A DNA stretch of 63,035 nucleotides, the filler included. It is 5 parts of 5 records of this genome, joined end to end, with 100 filler letters (N's around TTAATTAATTAA, not from the genome) between each part and the next. Parts side by side here need not be neighbours in the genome. Positions count along the whole stretch, not along the records: positions 16,642 to 28,533 come from DRR723986_6965; 4 more parts are not named here. One strand, 5' to 3'. Under the pieces are notes generated by a model. The model was not told where the DNA came from. It saw only the letters and a program-made list of their open reading frames with translations, and did not search any database. Below are positions 18,590 to 27,882 of the stretch, one piece after another. The position numbers were made by a program, and so were the translations under genes. The number at the start of each line of letters is the position of its first letter. Position 1 is the stretch's first letter.

Positions 18590-18630
18590 TTCGTTTGTAT
18601 ACGAACGCACGGGCGGGCTTTGCGAGTCAA
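18590..18630 (-). promoter_or_regulatory. Candidate promoter (-35 TTGACT) with GntR-type palindrome TTCGTATACAAA upstream of the hnr-like gene
   Basis: AT-rich near-palindrome with GTATAC core in very GC-rich DNA, about 45 nt upstream of the start. Confidence 0.45.
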
Positions 18631-19005
18631 CAGCTTTGCAGCTTGGGGGCCGGTGCGCGCAGCTGCCGTCGGTGAAAGTTTCGGCACTTCCCGCGCGGGC
18701 GGCGCCTGCGGTCTGCCGAGGCCGGGGCCAAGGGCGGTGCCGGGGCCTTTCCGGCCGTCACGGGCGGGCCGCGCCGGGCGTTTCCGCGGCGCGACGGCGG
18801 TCCCTTGCGGGCGGCCCTCGTCCCGATTCGCGCAATTGCACCGGCTTTCCTGTCGGCGGGCGAACGGGCCGCCTCTGCCCCGGCGAAGGGTCCGCAAGCT
18901 GCTGCTTTGCAAGGGCTTTGCCCAGCGCCGTGGCCGATCGCTGCGGCGGTGCGGGCGGCCGTGGCCCGGGCCGTGCGCCGGGCCGGCGCGCGATCCACGG
19001 ATTTC

Positions 19006-19020
19006 GGAACCGTTTGTTAA
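19006..19020 (+). promoter_or_regulatory. Degenerate CtrA box GGAA-CCGTTTG-TTAA upstream of the che operon
   Basis: One perfect TTAA half-site with N7 spacing, 80 nt before the first che gene. Confidence 0.5.
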
Positions 19021-19099
19021 GACAGCGTCCCTATTCCTGCTGACCGTCCGTCATGCCGAGTTCAGACGCAACCAGCGCCACGAGGGGTCCGACCTTACG

Positions 19100-19384
19100 A
19101 TGCAAGATGTCAATTTTCACGCCTTGGGGTCTGTCCGGGCCCGGTCCGGGGAAGATCCGCTCGTGTCCTTCCTGCTCAACGCCCGCAAGGCTCCGGTCAC
19201 GATCTCGGCCCGCGAGGTCGCGCGCCTCGATTCGCACCGGCTGCAGCTTTTGCTCGTGGCGCAGAAACAATGGGCCCGGGACGCGGTGCCCTTCGAGGTC
19301 ATCGACATGGCGCCGGGCTTTCGCGCGGGGCTCGAACGGCTTGGCCTGCCCCAGGAACATTTCGACAAGGAGATGCCGCAATGA
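19100..19384 (+). CDS. STAS-domain protein heading the chemotaxis operon
   Basis: VARLDSHRLQLLL STAS-like motif, 94 aa, stop overlaps the cheY start. Confidence 0.75.
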   Translation: MQDVNFHALGSVRARSGEDPLVSFLLNARKAPVTISAREVARLDSHRLQLLLVAQKQWARDAVPFEVIDMAPGFRAGLERLGLPQEHFDKEMPQ

Positions 19385-19755
19385 CCACGAAGGTGCTGGC
19401 CATCGACGATTCACGCACCATCCGCAACCTCCTGCGTGTGTCGCTCGAGGGGGCGGGGTTCGAATTCCACTCTGCCTGTGACGGGGTCGAGGGGGTCGAG
19501 ATATTCCCCGAGGTCGATCCGGACGTGGTGATCACGGATATCAACATGCCGAAGATGGACGGCTTCGGGGTCATCGATTCCCTCAGAAGCGGCCCGAACA
19601 GGACGAATGTCCCCATCCTCGTCCTGACCACCGAAAGCTCGAACGACCTGAAGGCGCGGGCGCGGCAGGCCGGGGCAACGGGCTGGATCGTGAAGCCATT
19701 CGACGACGCATCGCTGGTTTCGGTGCTGCGCAGACTGACGGGGCACGTGGGCTGA
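19381..19755 (+). CDS. cheY: Chemotaxis response regulator
   Basis: VLAIDD, ITDINMP, LTTE, GWIVKPF. Confidence 0.93.
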   Translation: MTTKVLAIDDSRTIRNLLRVSLEGAGFEFHSACDGVEGVEIFPEVDPDVVITDINMPKMDGFGVIDSLRSGPNRTNVPILVLTTESSNDLKARARQAGATGWIVKPFDDASLVSVLRRLTGHVG

Positions 19756-21884
19756 TGTCTGGAAATTCGATCAGGGATACCTTCTTCGAGGAATGCGAGG
19801 AATTGCTGGAGGCCCTCGTGGAGGGGCTCTCGCAGATGGAAGAGTCGCCCGAGGACATGGAGGTCGTGAATGCGGTCTTCCGCGCCGTGCACTCCATCAA
19901 GGGCGGCGCGGGGGCCTTTGCGCTCGACCGGCTGGTGGCCTTCGCGCATACCTTCGAGACCGTCATGGACATGGTCCGCGACCGCAAGCTGACCGTCGAT
20001 GAAAAGCTGATGTCGCTGTTCCACCGGTCCGGCGACCAGCTGTCCGATCTGGTGGCCTCGGCCCGGGACGAGTCCGAGCTTGAACCGGCGGCCGAATCCG
20101 GCCTCATCAAGGAACTCGAGGGATACCTCGGAGACAGCGGCGCGGAAGAGGAGTTCAGCTTCGAGGCCCTGACGCTCGACTTCGACGGTCCGGCTGTCGA
20201 GATCCCGCTCGAGGCCGAGGCGGCGCCGGGTGCGCGCACCTTCACGATCCGGTTCCGGCCGGGCAGGGCGCTCTACGAGAACGGGCACGAACCGCTGCTG
20301 ATCTTCGACGCCCTCGCGGAACTGGGTGAGCTGAAGGTCGAGGCGGATCTGTCCGCCGTGCCGGATTTCGATGCCTTCGATCCGTCGGACGCGGTCCTGT
20401 CGTGGACGCTGTGGCTGACATCCGCCGAGTCGGAGACGACCCTGCACGAGGTCTTCGAGTTCGTCGAAGGGCTCTGCGAGCTCGACGTCTCCTTGGACGA
20501 GAGCGGGGCTGCGGAGCCCGGTCCGCCCCCGGTCGCGGCGCCCGCCTTCGAGGCTCCGGCCCCCATCGCGCCGCCCGCCGACCCGGAACTGGCGGAGCCC
20601 GCCCCCGGGATCGCTGCCGCCAAGGCCCCGCCTGCCCAATCCGCGGCGGCGAAGGAGGCGAGGGGGCCGAAGCCGACCCTGCGCGTCGATCTGGACCGGG
20701 TGGACCGTCTCATCAACACCGTGGGCGAGTTGATCATCAACCAGGCGATGATCTCCCAGAGGATCGAGGAACTCGACCTGCCCACCGTGGCGCATCTCAC
20801 CAACGAACTGGAGGCCTACAAGCTGCTGGCCCGCGACATTCAGGAAGGGGTGATGGCGATCCGCGCGCAGCCGGTCAAACCGCTGTTCCAACGCATGTCG
20901 CGCATCGTGCGCGAGGCGTCCGATGCCACCGGGAAGAAGGCGAAGCTGGTCACGGTGGGCGACTCGACCGAAGTCGACAAGACCGTGATCGAACGGCTGG
21001 CCGATCCCCTGACCCACATGATCCGCAATGCCGTCGACCACGGGTTGGAAAAGCCCGAAATCCGCGGGGCGGCGGGCAAGGATGCGATCGGCACGATCCG
21101 CCTTTCCGCGGCGCATCGCTCCGGCAGCGTGTTCATCGAGATCTCGGACGACGGTGCCGGCCTGAACCGAGAGCGGATCCTGGCCAAGGCGATCGAGAAG
21201 AACCTCGTGGCGCCCGAAGCGGAACTCTCGGACCCCGAGATCGACAACCTGCTGTTCCTGCCGGGCTTTTCGACCGCCAGCCAGGTGTCCAACCTGTCCG
21301 GGCGCGGCGTCGGCATGGACGTCGTGAAGAATGCGGTTCAGGCGCTGGGCGGCCGGGTTTCGATCAATTCGACCCCGGGCAAGGGGACGACCTTCTCCAT
21401 CATCCTGCCGCTGACCCTCGCGGTTCTGGACGGTTTCGTGATCTCCGTCGCGAAGGAGACGATGGTCATTCCCATCGCCTCGATCCTCGAGACGATCCGG
21501 CCCAATCCGCGCGACATCCATATCGTCGGCACCGACAGCGAGGTCGTCAGCGTTCGGGGGGCCTATGTTCCGATCGTGGACGTGGCCGACAGTCTGGGCC
21601 TCGAAGGCGCGGATCGGCGGGGCGCGGGGATCCTTTTGCTGGTGAGCACCGAAATCCAGGGCCTGACCGCGCTGCGGGTGTCGGCCATCCACGATCAGCG
21701 ACAGGTCGTCATCAAGAGCCTCGAAAGCAATTATGCCGCCATCCCCGGTGTCTCTGCGGCGACCATTCTCGGCGACGGCAAGATCGCCCTGATCCTCGAC
21801 CCCGAAGAACTCATCAAGCTGGGCCACACCACGGGCCCCGACCTCTTCGCACAGCATGCCAGAATGGAGCTTCGTCATGCCTGA
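19755..21884 (+). CDS. cheA: Chemotaxis histidine kinase
   Basis: Hpt FRAVHSIKG, HMIRNAVDHG, DDGAG, GRGVGMDVV, C-terminal CheW domain. Confidence 0.98.
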   Translation: MSGNSIRDTFFEECEELLEALVEGLSQMEESPEDMEVVNAVFRAVHSIKGGAGAFALDRLVAFAHTFETVMDMVRDRKLTVDEKLMSLFHRSGDQLSDLVASARDESELEPAAESGLIKELEGYLGDSGAEEEFSFEALTLDFDGPAVEIPLEAEAAPGARTFTIRFRPGRALYENGHEPLLIFDALAELGELKVEADLSAVPDFDAFDPSDAVLSWTLWLTSAESETTLHEVFEFVEGLCELDVSLDESGAAEPGPPPVAAPAFEAPAPIAPPADPELAEPAPGIAAAKAPPAQSAAAKEARGPKPTLRVDLDRVDRLINTVGELIINQAMISQRIEELDLPTVAHLTNELEAYKLLARDIQEGVMAIRAQPVKPLFQRMSRIVREASDATGKKAKLVTVGDSTEVDKTVIERLADPLTHMIRNAVDHGLEKPEIRGAAGKDAIGTIRLSAAHRSGSVFIEISDDGAGLNRERILAKAIEKNLVAPEAELSDPEIDNLLFLPGFSTASQVSNLSGRGVGMDVVKNAVQALGGRVSINSTPGKGTTFSIILPLTLAVLDGFVISVAKETMVIPIASILETIRPNPRDIHIVGTDSEVVSVRGAYVPIVDVADSLGLEGADRRGAGILLLVSTEIQGLTALRVSAIHDQRQVVIKSLESNYAAIPGVSAATILGDGKIALILDPEELIKLGHTTGPDLFAQHARMELRHA

Positions 21885-22344
21885 GACAGCTGAAGTCCGC
21901 GCCGACTCCCAGTTCGAATTCATCACCTTCTCGGCGGGCGGGCAGAGTTTCTGCCTCGAGATCACGCAGATCCGCGAAATCCGCCGGTGGACGCCGGTCA
22001 CCGCCCTGCCGCATACGCCACGGGATGTGCTGGGGGTGATGAACCTGCGCGGTGCGGTGATCCCGATCTTCGACCTCGCGGCCCGTTTCGGCCTTGGCGC
22101 GACCCCCGCCAACGAACGCAACGTAGTGATCGTGGCAGCCGTCGGCGGCACCACCATCGGCCTTCTGGTGGAATCGGTCTCCGAAATCCTTTCCGTCGAG
22201 AAGAGTGCGATCCAGGAAACCCCGGACATCAAGTCGGAGGCGACGCGGCACAGCATCTTGGGAATGATCTCGGTCGACGAGACGATGGTGCGCGTCGTCA
22301 ACCTCGAGTCCGTCCTCGAAGCCGGGAGGGGCATGTCCCTATGA
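21877..22344 (+). CDS. cheW: Chemotaxis coupling protein
   Basis: LGVMNLRGAVIPIFDL; GGAG RBS before MPETAE. Confidence 0.96.
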   Translation: MPETAEVRADSQFEFITFSAGGQSFCLEITQIREIRRWTPVTALPHTPRDVLGVMNLRGAVIPIFDLAARFGLGATPANERNVVIVAAVGGTTIGLLVESVSEILSVEKSAIQETPDIKSEATRHSILGMISVDETMVRVVNLESVLEAGRGMSL

Positions 22345-23219
22345 GTGCGCCCTCGATGGGTGGCGGCGCGGCCGAGATCGTCTTCAGCGATGCAGATTTC
22401 CGTGCCATCGCGGCGATTGCTCAGGACCAGTTCGGCCTGAACCTCGCCGACAGCAAGAAGCCCCTTGTCTATTCCCGGCTGTCGAAACGGCTCAAGGCCC
22501 GGAGGCTGGGCAGTTTCCCCGAGTACCTCTCGCTGCTGGACCGGAGCGACGAGACGGCGGAACGGCTGGAGCTGATTTCGGCGCTGACCACCAACGTCAC
22601 CAGCTTCTTCCGCGAGAACCATCATTTCGAGACGCTGCGGGCGGAGTGTCTGCCGGCGCTCGTCTCCAAGGCACAGGCGCATCAGCGCGTGCGGTTCTGG
22701 TCGGCCGGATGTTCCTCGGGCCAAGAGGCTTATTCGATTGCCATGACCGTGCTCGACCACTTCCAGGAGGCCGCCGGCCACGACCTGCGGATCCTCGCGA
22801 CGGATATCGACCCGCAGATCGTCGCGAAGGCGCGGGCGGGCACATATTCCGCCGAGGAATCGACCGGGATTCCGGGAGGGTTCCGAAGCCGGTGGACCAC
22901 CGCGCCCGATGCCAGGGGCCGCATCGGGATGGCCGATCCGCTGCGCCAGTTGATCACCTTCGGCGAGTTGAACCTGATGGAACCCTGGCCCTTCAAGGGA
23001 CCGTTCGACGTCATCTTCTGCCGCAACGTGGCGATCTATTTCAACCAGCAGACCCAGCAGCGGCTGTGGCAGCGGTTCTGCCAGATGCTGACGCCGGGGG
23101 GATATCTGTTCATCGGACATTCCGAACGGATCACCGGCCCCGCGACACAGGACCTCTCCGGTGTCGGAATCACGAGTTACCGAAAGACGCTCGACCCCTC
23201 TCGAACGTCGGCACAGTAG
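22341..23219 (+). CDS. cheR: Chemotaxis methyltransferase
   Basis: TTNVTSFFRE, WSAGCSSGQEAYS, FCRNVAIYF, GHSE. Confidence 0.97.
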   Translation: MSAPSMGGGAAEIVFSDADFRAIAAIAQDQFGLNLADSKKPLVYSRLSKRLKARRLGSFPEYLSLLDRSDETAERLELISALTTNVTSFFRENHHFETLRAECLPALVSKAQAHQRVRFWSAGCSSGQEAYSIAMTVLDHFQEAAGHDLRILATDIDPQIVAKARAGTYSAEESTGIPGGFRSRWTTAPDARGRIGMADPLRQLITFGELNLMEPWPFKGPFDVIFCRNVAIYFNQQTQQRLWQRFCQMLTPGGYLFIGHSERITGPATQDLSGVGITSYRKTLDPSRTSAQ

Positions 23220-23228
23220 GAGAAGGCA

Positions 23229-23615
23229 ATGAGCTTGAAAGACTCTCTGAGAATCATGGTGGTCGATGACATGGCGACCAGCCGTGGCCTGATCACGCAG
23301 GCTCTGGATGAAATCGGCATCAAGAATTACCAGACGGAGAACGACGGCCGGCGGGCCTTCGAACGGATGGCGTCCAGCCCGGTGCACCTTGTCCTGTCGG
23401 ACTACAACATGCCGGGTCTCGATGGCCTTGGCCTGCTCAAGGCGGTGCGGTCCCAACCGGCGACGCAGAAGGTCGGGTTCATCCTCGTGACCGGGAAGCC
23501 GACCCCGGAAATCGTGGCCCAGGCCAAACAGCTGGGCCTGAACAACATGATCAAGAAGCCCTTTACCTCGGCCTCGATGAAACAATGCATCGAAAGCGTG
23601 GTCGGCCGCCTATGA
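23229..23615 (+). CDS. cheY: Second CheY-type response regulator
   Basis: VVDD, SDYNMP, KKPF. Confidence 0.88.
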   Translation: MSLKDSLRIMVVDDMATSRGLITQALDEIGIKNYQTENDGRRAFERMASSPVHLVLSDYNMPGLDGLGLLKAVRSQPATQKVGFILVTGKPTPEIVAQAKQLGLNNMIKKPFTSASMKQCIESVVGRL

Positions 23616-23971
23616 CGGTTCATGTGCCGCAACGCCTGCCGCTGAAGGTCGCGGCGACGCGCGTCGCCTCGGAACTCGAGGCGCTGCACGCGCGGCTCGA
23701 ACGGCTGGAGGTCGGGTTGGAGGCTGTCTTCGAGCATTCGACCGCCGGGCTGGAGGGGCAGACGATCGGCATGATCCAGGAGATGGACATGCTGCGGCAG
23801 TCCCTCGGGGCTCTGGCCGATTACATTGACCATGTGGCCGCGACGACGGACGTGGCGGGGCTAGTCGATGCGACCGCTGCCATCAACGCCGTGCCGCTCA
23901 GGGACATGGCAGACCGTCTGGCGGGCCGCGACAGCGCCGAGGCGGTTACGGGATACGCCGAGCTCTTCTAG
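23612..23971 (+). CDS. Small helical hypothetical protein inside the che operon
   Basis: ATGA coupling to cheY; QEMDMLRQ segment; C-terminal ELF. Confidence 0.7.
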   Translation: MTVHVPQRLPLKVAATRVASELEALHARLERLEVGLEAVFEHSTAGLEGQTIGMIQEMDMLRQSLGALADYIDHVAATTDVAGLVDATAAINAVPLRDMADRLAGRDSAEAVTGYAELF

Positions 23972-24025
23972 GGCGCGGCGCAGAGGCAAGAGGGGCCGCA
24001 TCAGGCGGACCGACGGAGAAGCGCG

Positions 24026-25144
24026 ATGCAGATAAAGAGCGTGGTGGTGGCGACTCCCGACGTCAGAGAGCGCGCCCGCTTGACCCGGCTGGTCGACCGG
24101 ATGCCGGAGTTCAGCGTCATCGCCAGCACCGGCGATCTGATGAACACCTACAACGCGGTCGAGGAGAAGCTGCCGAAGGCGGTTCTGATCGCGGATAGCC
24201 TAGCCGAGTTGCCGGAGTTCGAGGTCATGCGCGGGCTGTTCTCGACCCTGGATATCCGCTGGCTCGTGGTGACGACGCCCAACCGCAGGGCGCATAGGGC
24301 AGATGCTTTCAGCCGCGGGTCGGATCTGTTCGCCGTGCCCGCGGATGCCGCCGAGGAGGATATCGCCCGGCAGTTGCTGAGCCTGACGCGCACGGCGCTT
24401 TCGCCGCAGCCGCCCGCCAAGACGCCGCCCGCTGCGCTCGGTTCGCCCCCGCGGCCGGTATCTCGCGACCCGACCGCGGGCGTGCGCCCGGCCGGAACCC
24501 CGGCGCGCGCGGCCCCGGTGCTGTCCCCCGGGCGCGTGGCCGGGATACGCGACCGCATCATCCTCATCGGCAGCAGCACCGGGGGGGTCGACGCCTTGCT
24601 GACCGTGCTGTCGGTCTTTCCGCCGGACTGCCCTCCGACGCTGATCGTGCAGCACACCGGCCAAGGCTTCGGCGAGAGCCTTGCCGGCCTGCTGGACAGA
24701 CAGTGTCAGGCACGGGTCCAACTGGCGACCGGCCCCACGCGGCTGGCGCCGGGGGTGGTCACGCTCGGCGCGGGGTTGCGGGCGCATCTCGTGCTGGAGG
24801 GGGGCGGGGGACAGGCCTACACGCTGGAGCACAGCGATCCGGTATGCGGCCATATCCCCTCCGTCGACGTGCTCTTTCGATCCGCCGTGCCCTTGGGCAA
24901 CAGGGTCTCGGCGGCCTTGCTGACCGGCATGGGGCGCGACGGCGCGATGGGGCTGCGCGCGCTGCGCGACGCCGGGGCCGCGACACTGGCGCAGGACGAG
25001 GCGACCTCGGTGGTCTACGGCATGCCGCGCGCGGCGGCGGAACTGGGTGCCGCGCAGGAGATCCTGCCACTGGCCCGCATCGGACCGGCCCTGCTGCGTC
25101 CGGCCATGGGCGCGGCCGCGCCCGCACAGGAGGTGACCCGATGA
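24026..25144 (+). CDS. cheB: Chemotaxis methylesterase with a degenerate receiver domain
   Basis: IGSSTGG, IVQH, PSVDVLF, LTGMGRDG, VYGMP. Confidence 0.93.
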   Translation: MQIKSVVVATPDVRERARLTRLVDRMPEFSVIASTGDLMNTYNAVEEKLPKAVLIADSLAELPEFEVMRGLFSTLDIRWLVVTTPNRRAHRADAFSRGSDLFAVPADAAEEDIARQLLSLTRTALSPQPPAKTPPAALGSPPRPVSRDPTAGVRPAGTPARAAPVLSPGRVAGIRDRIILIGSSTGGVDALLTVLSVFPPDCPPTLIVQHTGQGFGESLAGLLDRQCQARVQLATGPTRLAPGVVTLGAGLRAHLVLEGGGGQAYTLEHSDPVCGHIPSVDVLFRSAVPLGNRVSAALLTGMGRDGAMGLRALRDAGAATLAQDEATSVVYGMPRAAAELGAAQEILPLARIGPALLRPAMGAAAPAQEVTR

Positions 25145-25668
25145 TCCCAGGCACGGAAAAGCTGATCAACGTGATTCAGGGCGATTACGTGATCTCGCGA
25201 GACCCCGACGCGGTTTTGTCGACGGTTCTGGGGTCCTGCATCGCGGTCTGCATGTACGATTCCGAGGTCGGCATCGGTGGCATGAACCATTTCCTGCTGC
25301 CCAGTCGCGCGGGCGCCGAGGGCGAGAACGTCCGATACGGCGCCTACGCGATGGAGTTGCTGATCAACGGCCTGCTGAAGCAGGGTGCGGACCGCTACTC
25401 GCTGCGCGCGAAGATGTTCGGCGGTGCGAGCATGATGGGAAACCTGCGCGATATCGGTGGGTCGAACGCAGCCTTCGCGCGCCAGTTCCTTCGGGACGAG
25501 GGCATCGCCTGCATGGCGGAAAGCGTCGGGGGCCATTCCGCGCGCCGGGTGAAGTTCTGGCCGGTGACCGGGCGCGTGCGCCAGTTGCTCGTCGCGCCGG
25601 ATGCCGCGCCGGCCGAACGTCCGGTGCCTGCCCCGAAACCCGCCGCGCCGGAGATCACGCTGTTCTGA
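25141..25668 (+). CDS. cheD: Chemoreceptor glutamine deamidase
   Basis: TVLGSCIAVC, GGMNHFLLP, AKMFGG. Confidence 0.96.
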   Translation: MIPGTEKLINVIQGDYVISRDPDAVLSTVLGSCIAVCMYDSEVGIGGMNHFLLPSRAGAEGENVRYGAYAMELLINGLLKQGADRYSLRAKMFGGASMMGNLRDIGGSNAAFARQFLRDEGIACMAESVGGHSARRVKFWPVTGRVRQLLVAPDAAPAERPVPAPKPAAPEITLF

Positions 25669-25740
25669 GCGCGCCCCGGCAGAGATGGGCTTTCGCGCCG
25701 CCCCGTGCTAGCCGGGGGGCGAACATGCGAGGGCCACCCG

Positions 25741-27882
25741 ATGGAGAAGAGCCAGCTTCCCGCCACGCGCGATCTCGTCCTGATCGGGGGCGGGCACAGC
25801 CACGCGCTCGTCCTGCGCCGTTGGGGCATGAAACCGCTTGCGGGCGCGCGGCTGACCCTCATCAGCCCCGATCCGGTCGCGCCCTATTCCGGGATGCTCC
25901 CAGGGGTGCTGGCGGGGCACTACCCGCGGGCGGCGCTGGACATCGACCTCGTGCGGCTGGCGCGCTTTGCCGGGGCCCGGATGATCCTCGGCCACGCAGA
26001 GGGGATCGACCTTGCCGCGGGGCAGGTTCGGGTGCCCGGGCGGCCCGCCGTCGCCTTCGATCTGCTCTCGGTCGACATCGGTGTGACCAGCGATCTGCCG
26101 GAGCTTCCGGGCTTTGCCGAACACGCGGTGCCGGCCAAGCCGCTCGGGCCCTTCGCGCAGGCCTGGAGCGCGGCGCTGGAGGGGCGTGGCCCGGCCTCGG
26201 TCGCGGTGCTGGGCGGCGGCGTGGCAGGGGCCGAGATCGCGCTGGCCTTGCGCCACGCTCTGCTCCGGCGGGGCAACGGGGCGGCGGTCCACCTTCTGGA
26301 CCGGGGCCGGATCCTGTCGGCGCTGCGCAAGGGAACGGCGGCCCGTTTGCGCACGGCCCTGACCGAGGCGGGTGTCACGATCCACGAGGACACGACACCC
26401 CTGCGCATCGACGCCGAAGGGCTCGACACGACCGGCGGGCGGATCGACGCGGAGTTCGTCGTCGCCGCCGCCGGGGCGCGGGCGCAGCCTTGGCTCGCCG
26501 AAACCGGGCTTGCGACCCGGGACGGCTTCCTCGACGTCTCCCCGACCTTGCAATGCTCCGATCCGCGCGTCTTCGCGGTTGGCGACTGCGCCCACATGCG
26601 CGCCTCTCCGCGTCCCAAGGCCGGGGTCTACGCGGTGCGGCAAGCCCCGGTGCTGTTCGACAACCTGCGCGCCAGCCTGACCGGCCGGGGAGCTTTGCGC
26701 GACTACAAACCTCAAGACGATTACCTCAAGCTGATCTCGCTTGGAGAGAAGCGGGCGCTGGGCGATCGCTTCGGGTTGACCGTCTCGGGGCGCTGGGCGT
26801 GGCGCTGGAAGGATCGCATCGACCGGCGCTTCATGGACAGGTTCCGCGAGCTGCCGGCCATGTCCGCGCCGGACCTGCCGACCCATCACACCGCCGGACT
26901 GGTCGAGGCGCTGGGCGACAAGCCCCTCTGCGGCGGCTGCGGCGCCAAGCTGGGGCAGGCCGCGCTGTCCCATGCCCTCGCCGCCGGAAGCCTGCCGGGC
27001 GACGATGCGGCGGTGCTGACGATCGGCGGGGAAACCACGGTCATGAGCACCGACCACGTGCGCGAGATGGTGCGCGACCCGGTCACGATGGCGCGGATCG
27101 CGGCGCATCACGCGCTGGGGGATATCCTCGCCATGGGCGCCACGCCCACCGCCGCCACCGCGACGATCATCCTGCCGCGCCTGTCGCCGGATCTGGCCGC
27201 CCGCACCCTCGCCGAGATCATGCAGGCCGCGCGCGCGGTTCTGTCCGAGGCCGGGGCGGAGATCGTCGGCGGCCACAGTTCTCAGGGCAGCGAACTGACC
27301 GTGGGGTTCACCCTGCTCGGGCGCTGCGCGCGGGCGCCGATCACCTTGGCGGGCGCACGGCCGGGGGACCGGCTGGTGCTGACGAAACCCCTGGGCAGCG
27401 GCGTCATCATGGCCGCCGAGATGGCCGGGCAGGCAGAGGGCGCGCATGTGGCCGGGGCGCTGGCCCTGATGACGCAGGCGCAAACCGTGGCGGCGGGCCT
27501 TCTGTCCCACGCCCATGCGATGACCGATGTGACCGGCTTCGGGCTCTTGGGGCACCTGCGCAACATCTGCCTGAACTCGGGCACCGGGGCGCGGCTGCGA
27601 CTGGCGGAGGTGCCGCTCATGCCCGGCGCGCTGGATCTGGCCGCGCGTGGGCAAGGGTCCAGCCTGCTGCCCGAGAACCGTCGAGCCTTCCCGGATTTGC
27701 CCCGGGACCCGGCGCATGACCTGCTGCTCGATCCGCAGACCGCCGGGGGGCTGCTTGCCGCCGTGCCGGGAGAGACCGGCCCCCTGATCGCGGCCCTGCG
27801 CGCGGCGGGCTATCAGGCGGCGGAGATCGGCGAGATCACCGACGCGCCCGGTCAGATCCCCGGTCAGATCTCGGTGGTCTGA
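25741..27882 (+). CDS. selD: Selenophosphate synthetase fused to an N-terminal FAD-dependent oxidoreductase domain
   Basis: GGGHSH, YSGMLPG, GDCA, PKAGV, then CGGCGAK, GDDAA, TDVTGFGLLGH, DPQTAGGLL. Confidence 0.93.
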   Translation: MEKSQLPATRDLVLIGGGHSHALVLRRWGMKPLAGARLTLISPDPVAPYSGMLPGVLAGHYPRAALDIDLVRLARFAGARMILGHAEGIDLAAGQVRVPGRPAVAFDLLSVDIGVTSDLPELPGFAEHAVPAKPLGPFAQAWSAALEGRGPASVAVLGGGVAGAEIALALRHALLRRGNGAAVHLLDRGRILSALRKGTAARLRTALTEAGVTIHEDTTPLRIDAEGLDTTGGRIDAEFVVAAAGARAQPWLAETGLATRDGFLDVSPTLQCSDPRVFAVGDCAHMRASPRPKAGVYAVRQAPVLFDNLRASLTGRGALRDYKPQDDYLKLISLGEKRALGDRFGLTVSGRWAWRWKDRIDRRFMDRFRELPAMSAPDLPTHHTAGLVEALGDKPLCGGCGAKLGQAALSHALAAGSLPGDDAAVLTIGGETTVMSTDHVREMVRDPVTMARIAAHHALGDILAMGATPTAATATIILPRLSPDLAARTLAEIMQAARAVLSEAGAEIVGGHSSQGSELTVGFTLLGRCARAPITLAGARPGDRLVLTKPLGSGVIMAAEMAGQAEGAHVAGALALMTQAQTVAAGLLSHAHAMTDVTGFGLLGHLRNICLNSGTGARLRLAEVPLMPGALDLAARGQGSSLLPENRRAFPDLPRDPAHDLLLDPQTAGGLLAAVPGETGPLIAALRAAGYQAAEIGEITDAPGQIPGQISVV

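Noticed and set aside
18630-19000. GC-rich intergenic stretch with several ORFs and a TGGC...TGC sigma54-like site
   Set aside because: ORFs are low-complexity Arg/Ala/Pro frames; GG-to-GC spacing is 9 nt rather than 10
19299-23585. 1428-aa minus-strand ORF and other long antisense ORFs (11555-13462, 25708-27717, 41280-42926)
   Set aside because: Shadow frames of GC-rich genes with clear motifs on the other strand; no domain signal
26926-26950. Selenocysteine recoding in selD
   Set aside because: Active-site codons are TGC (Cys); no in-frame TGA
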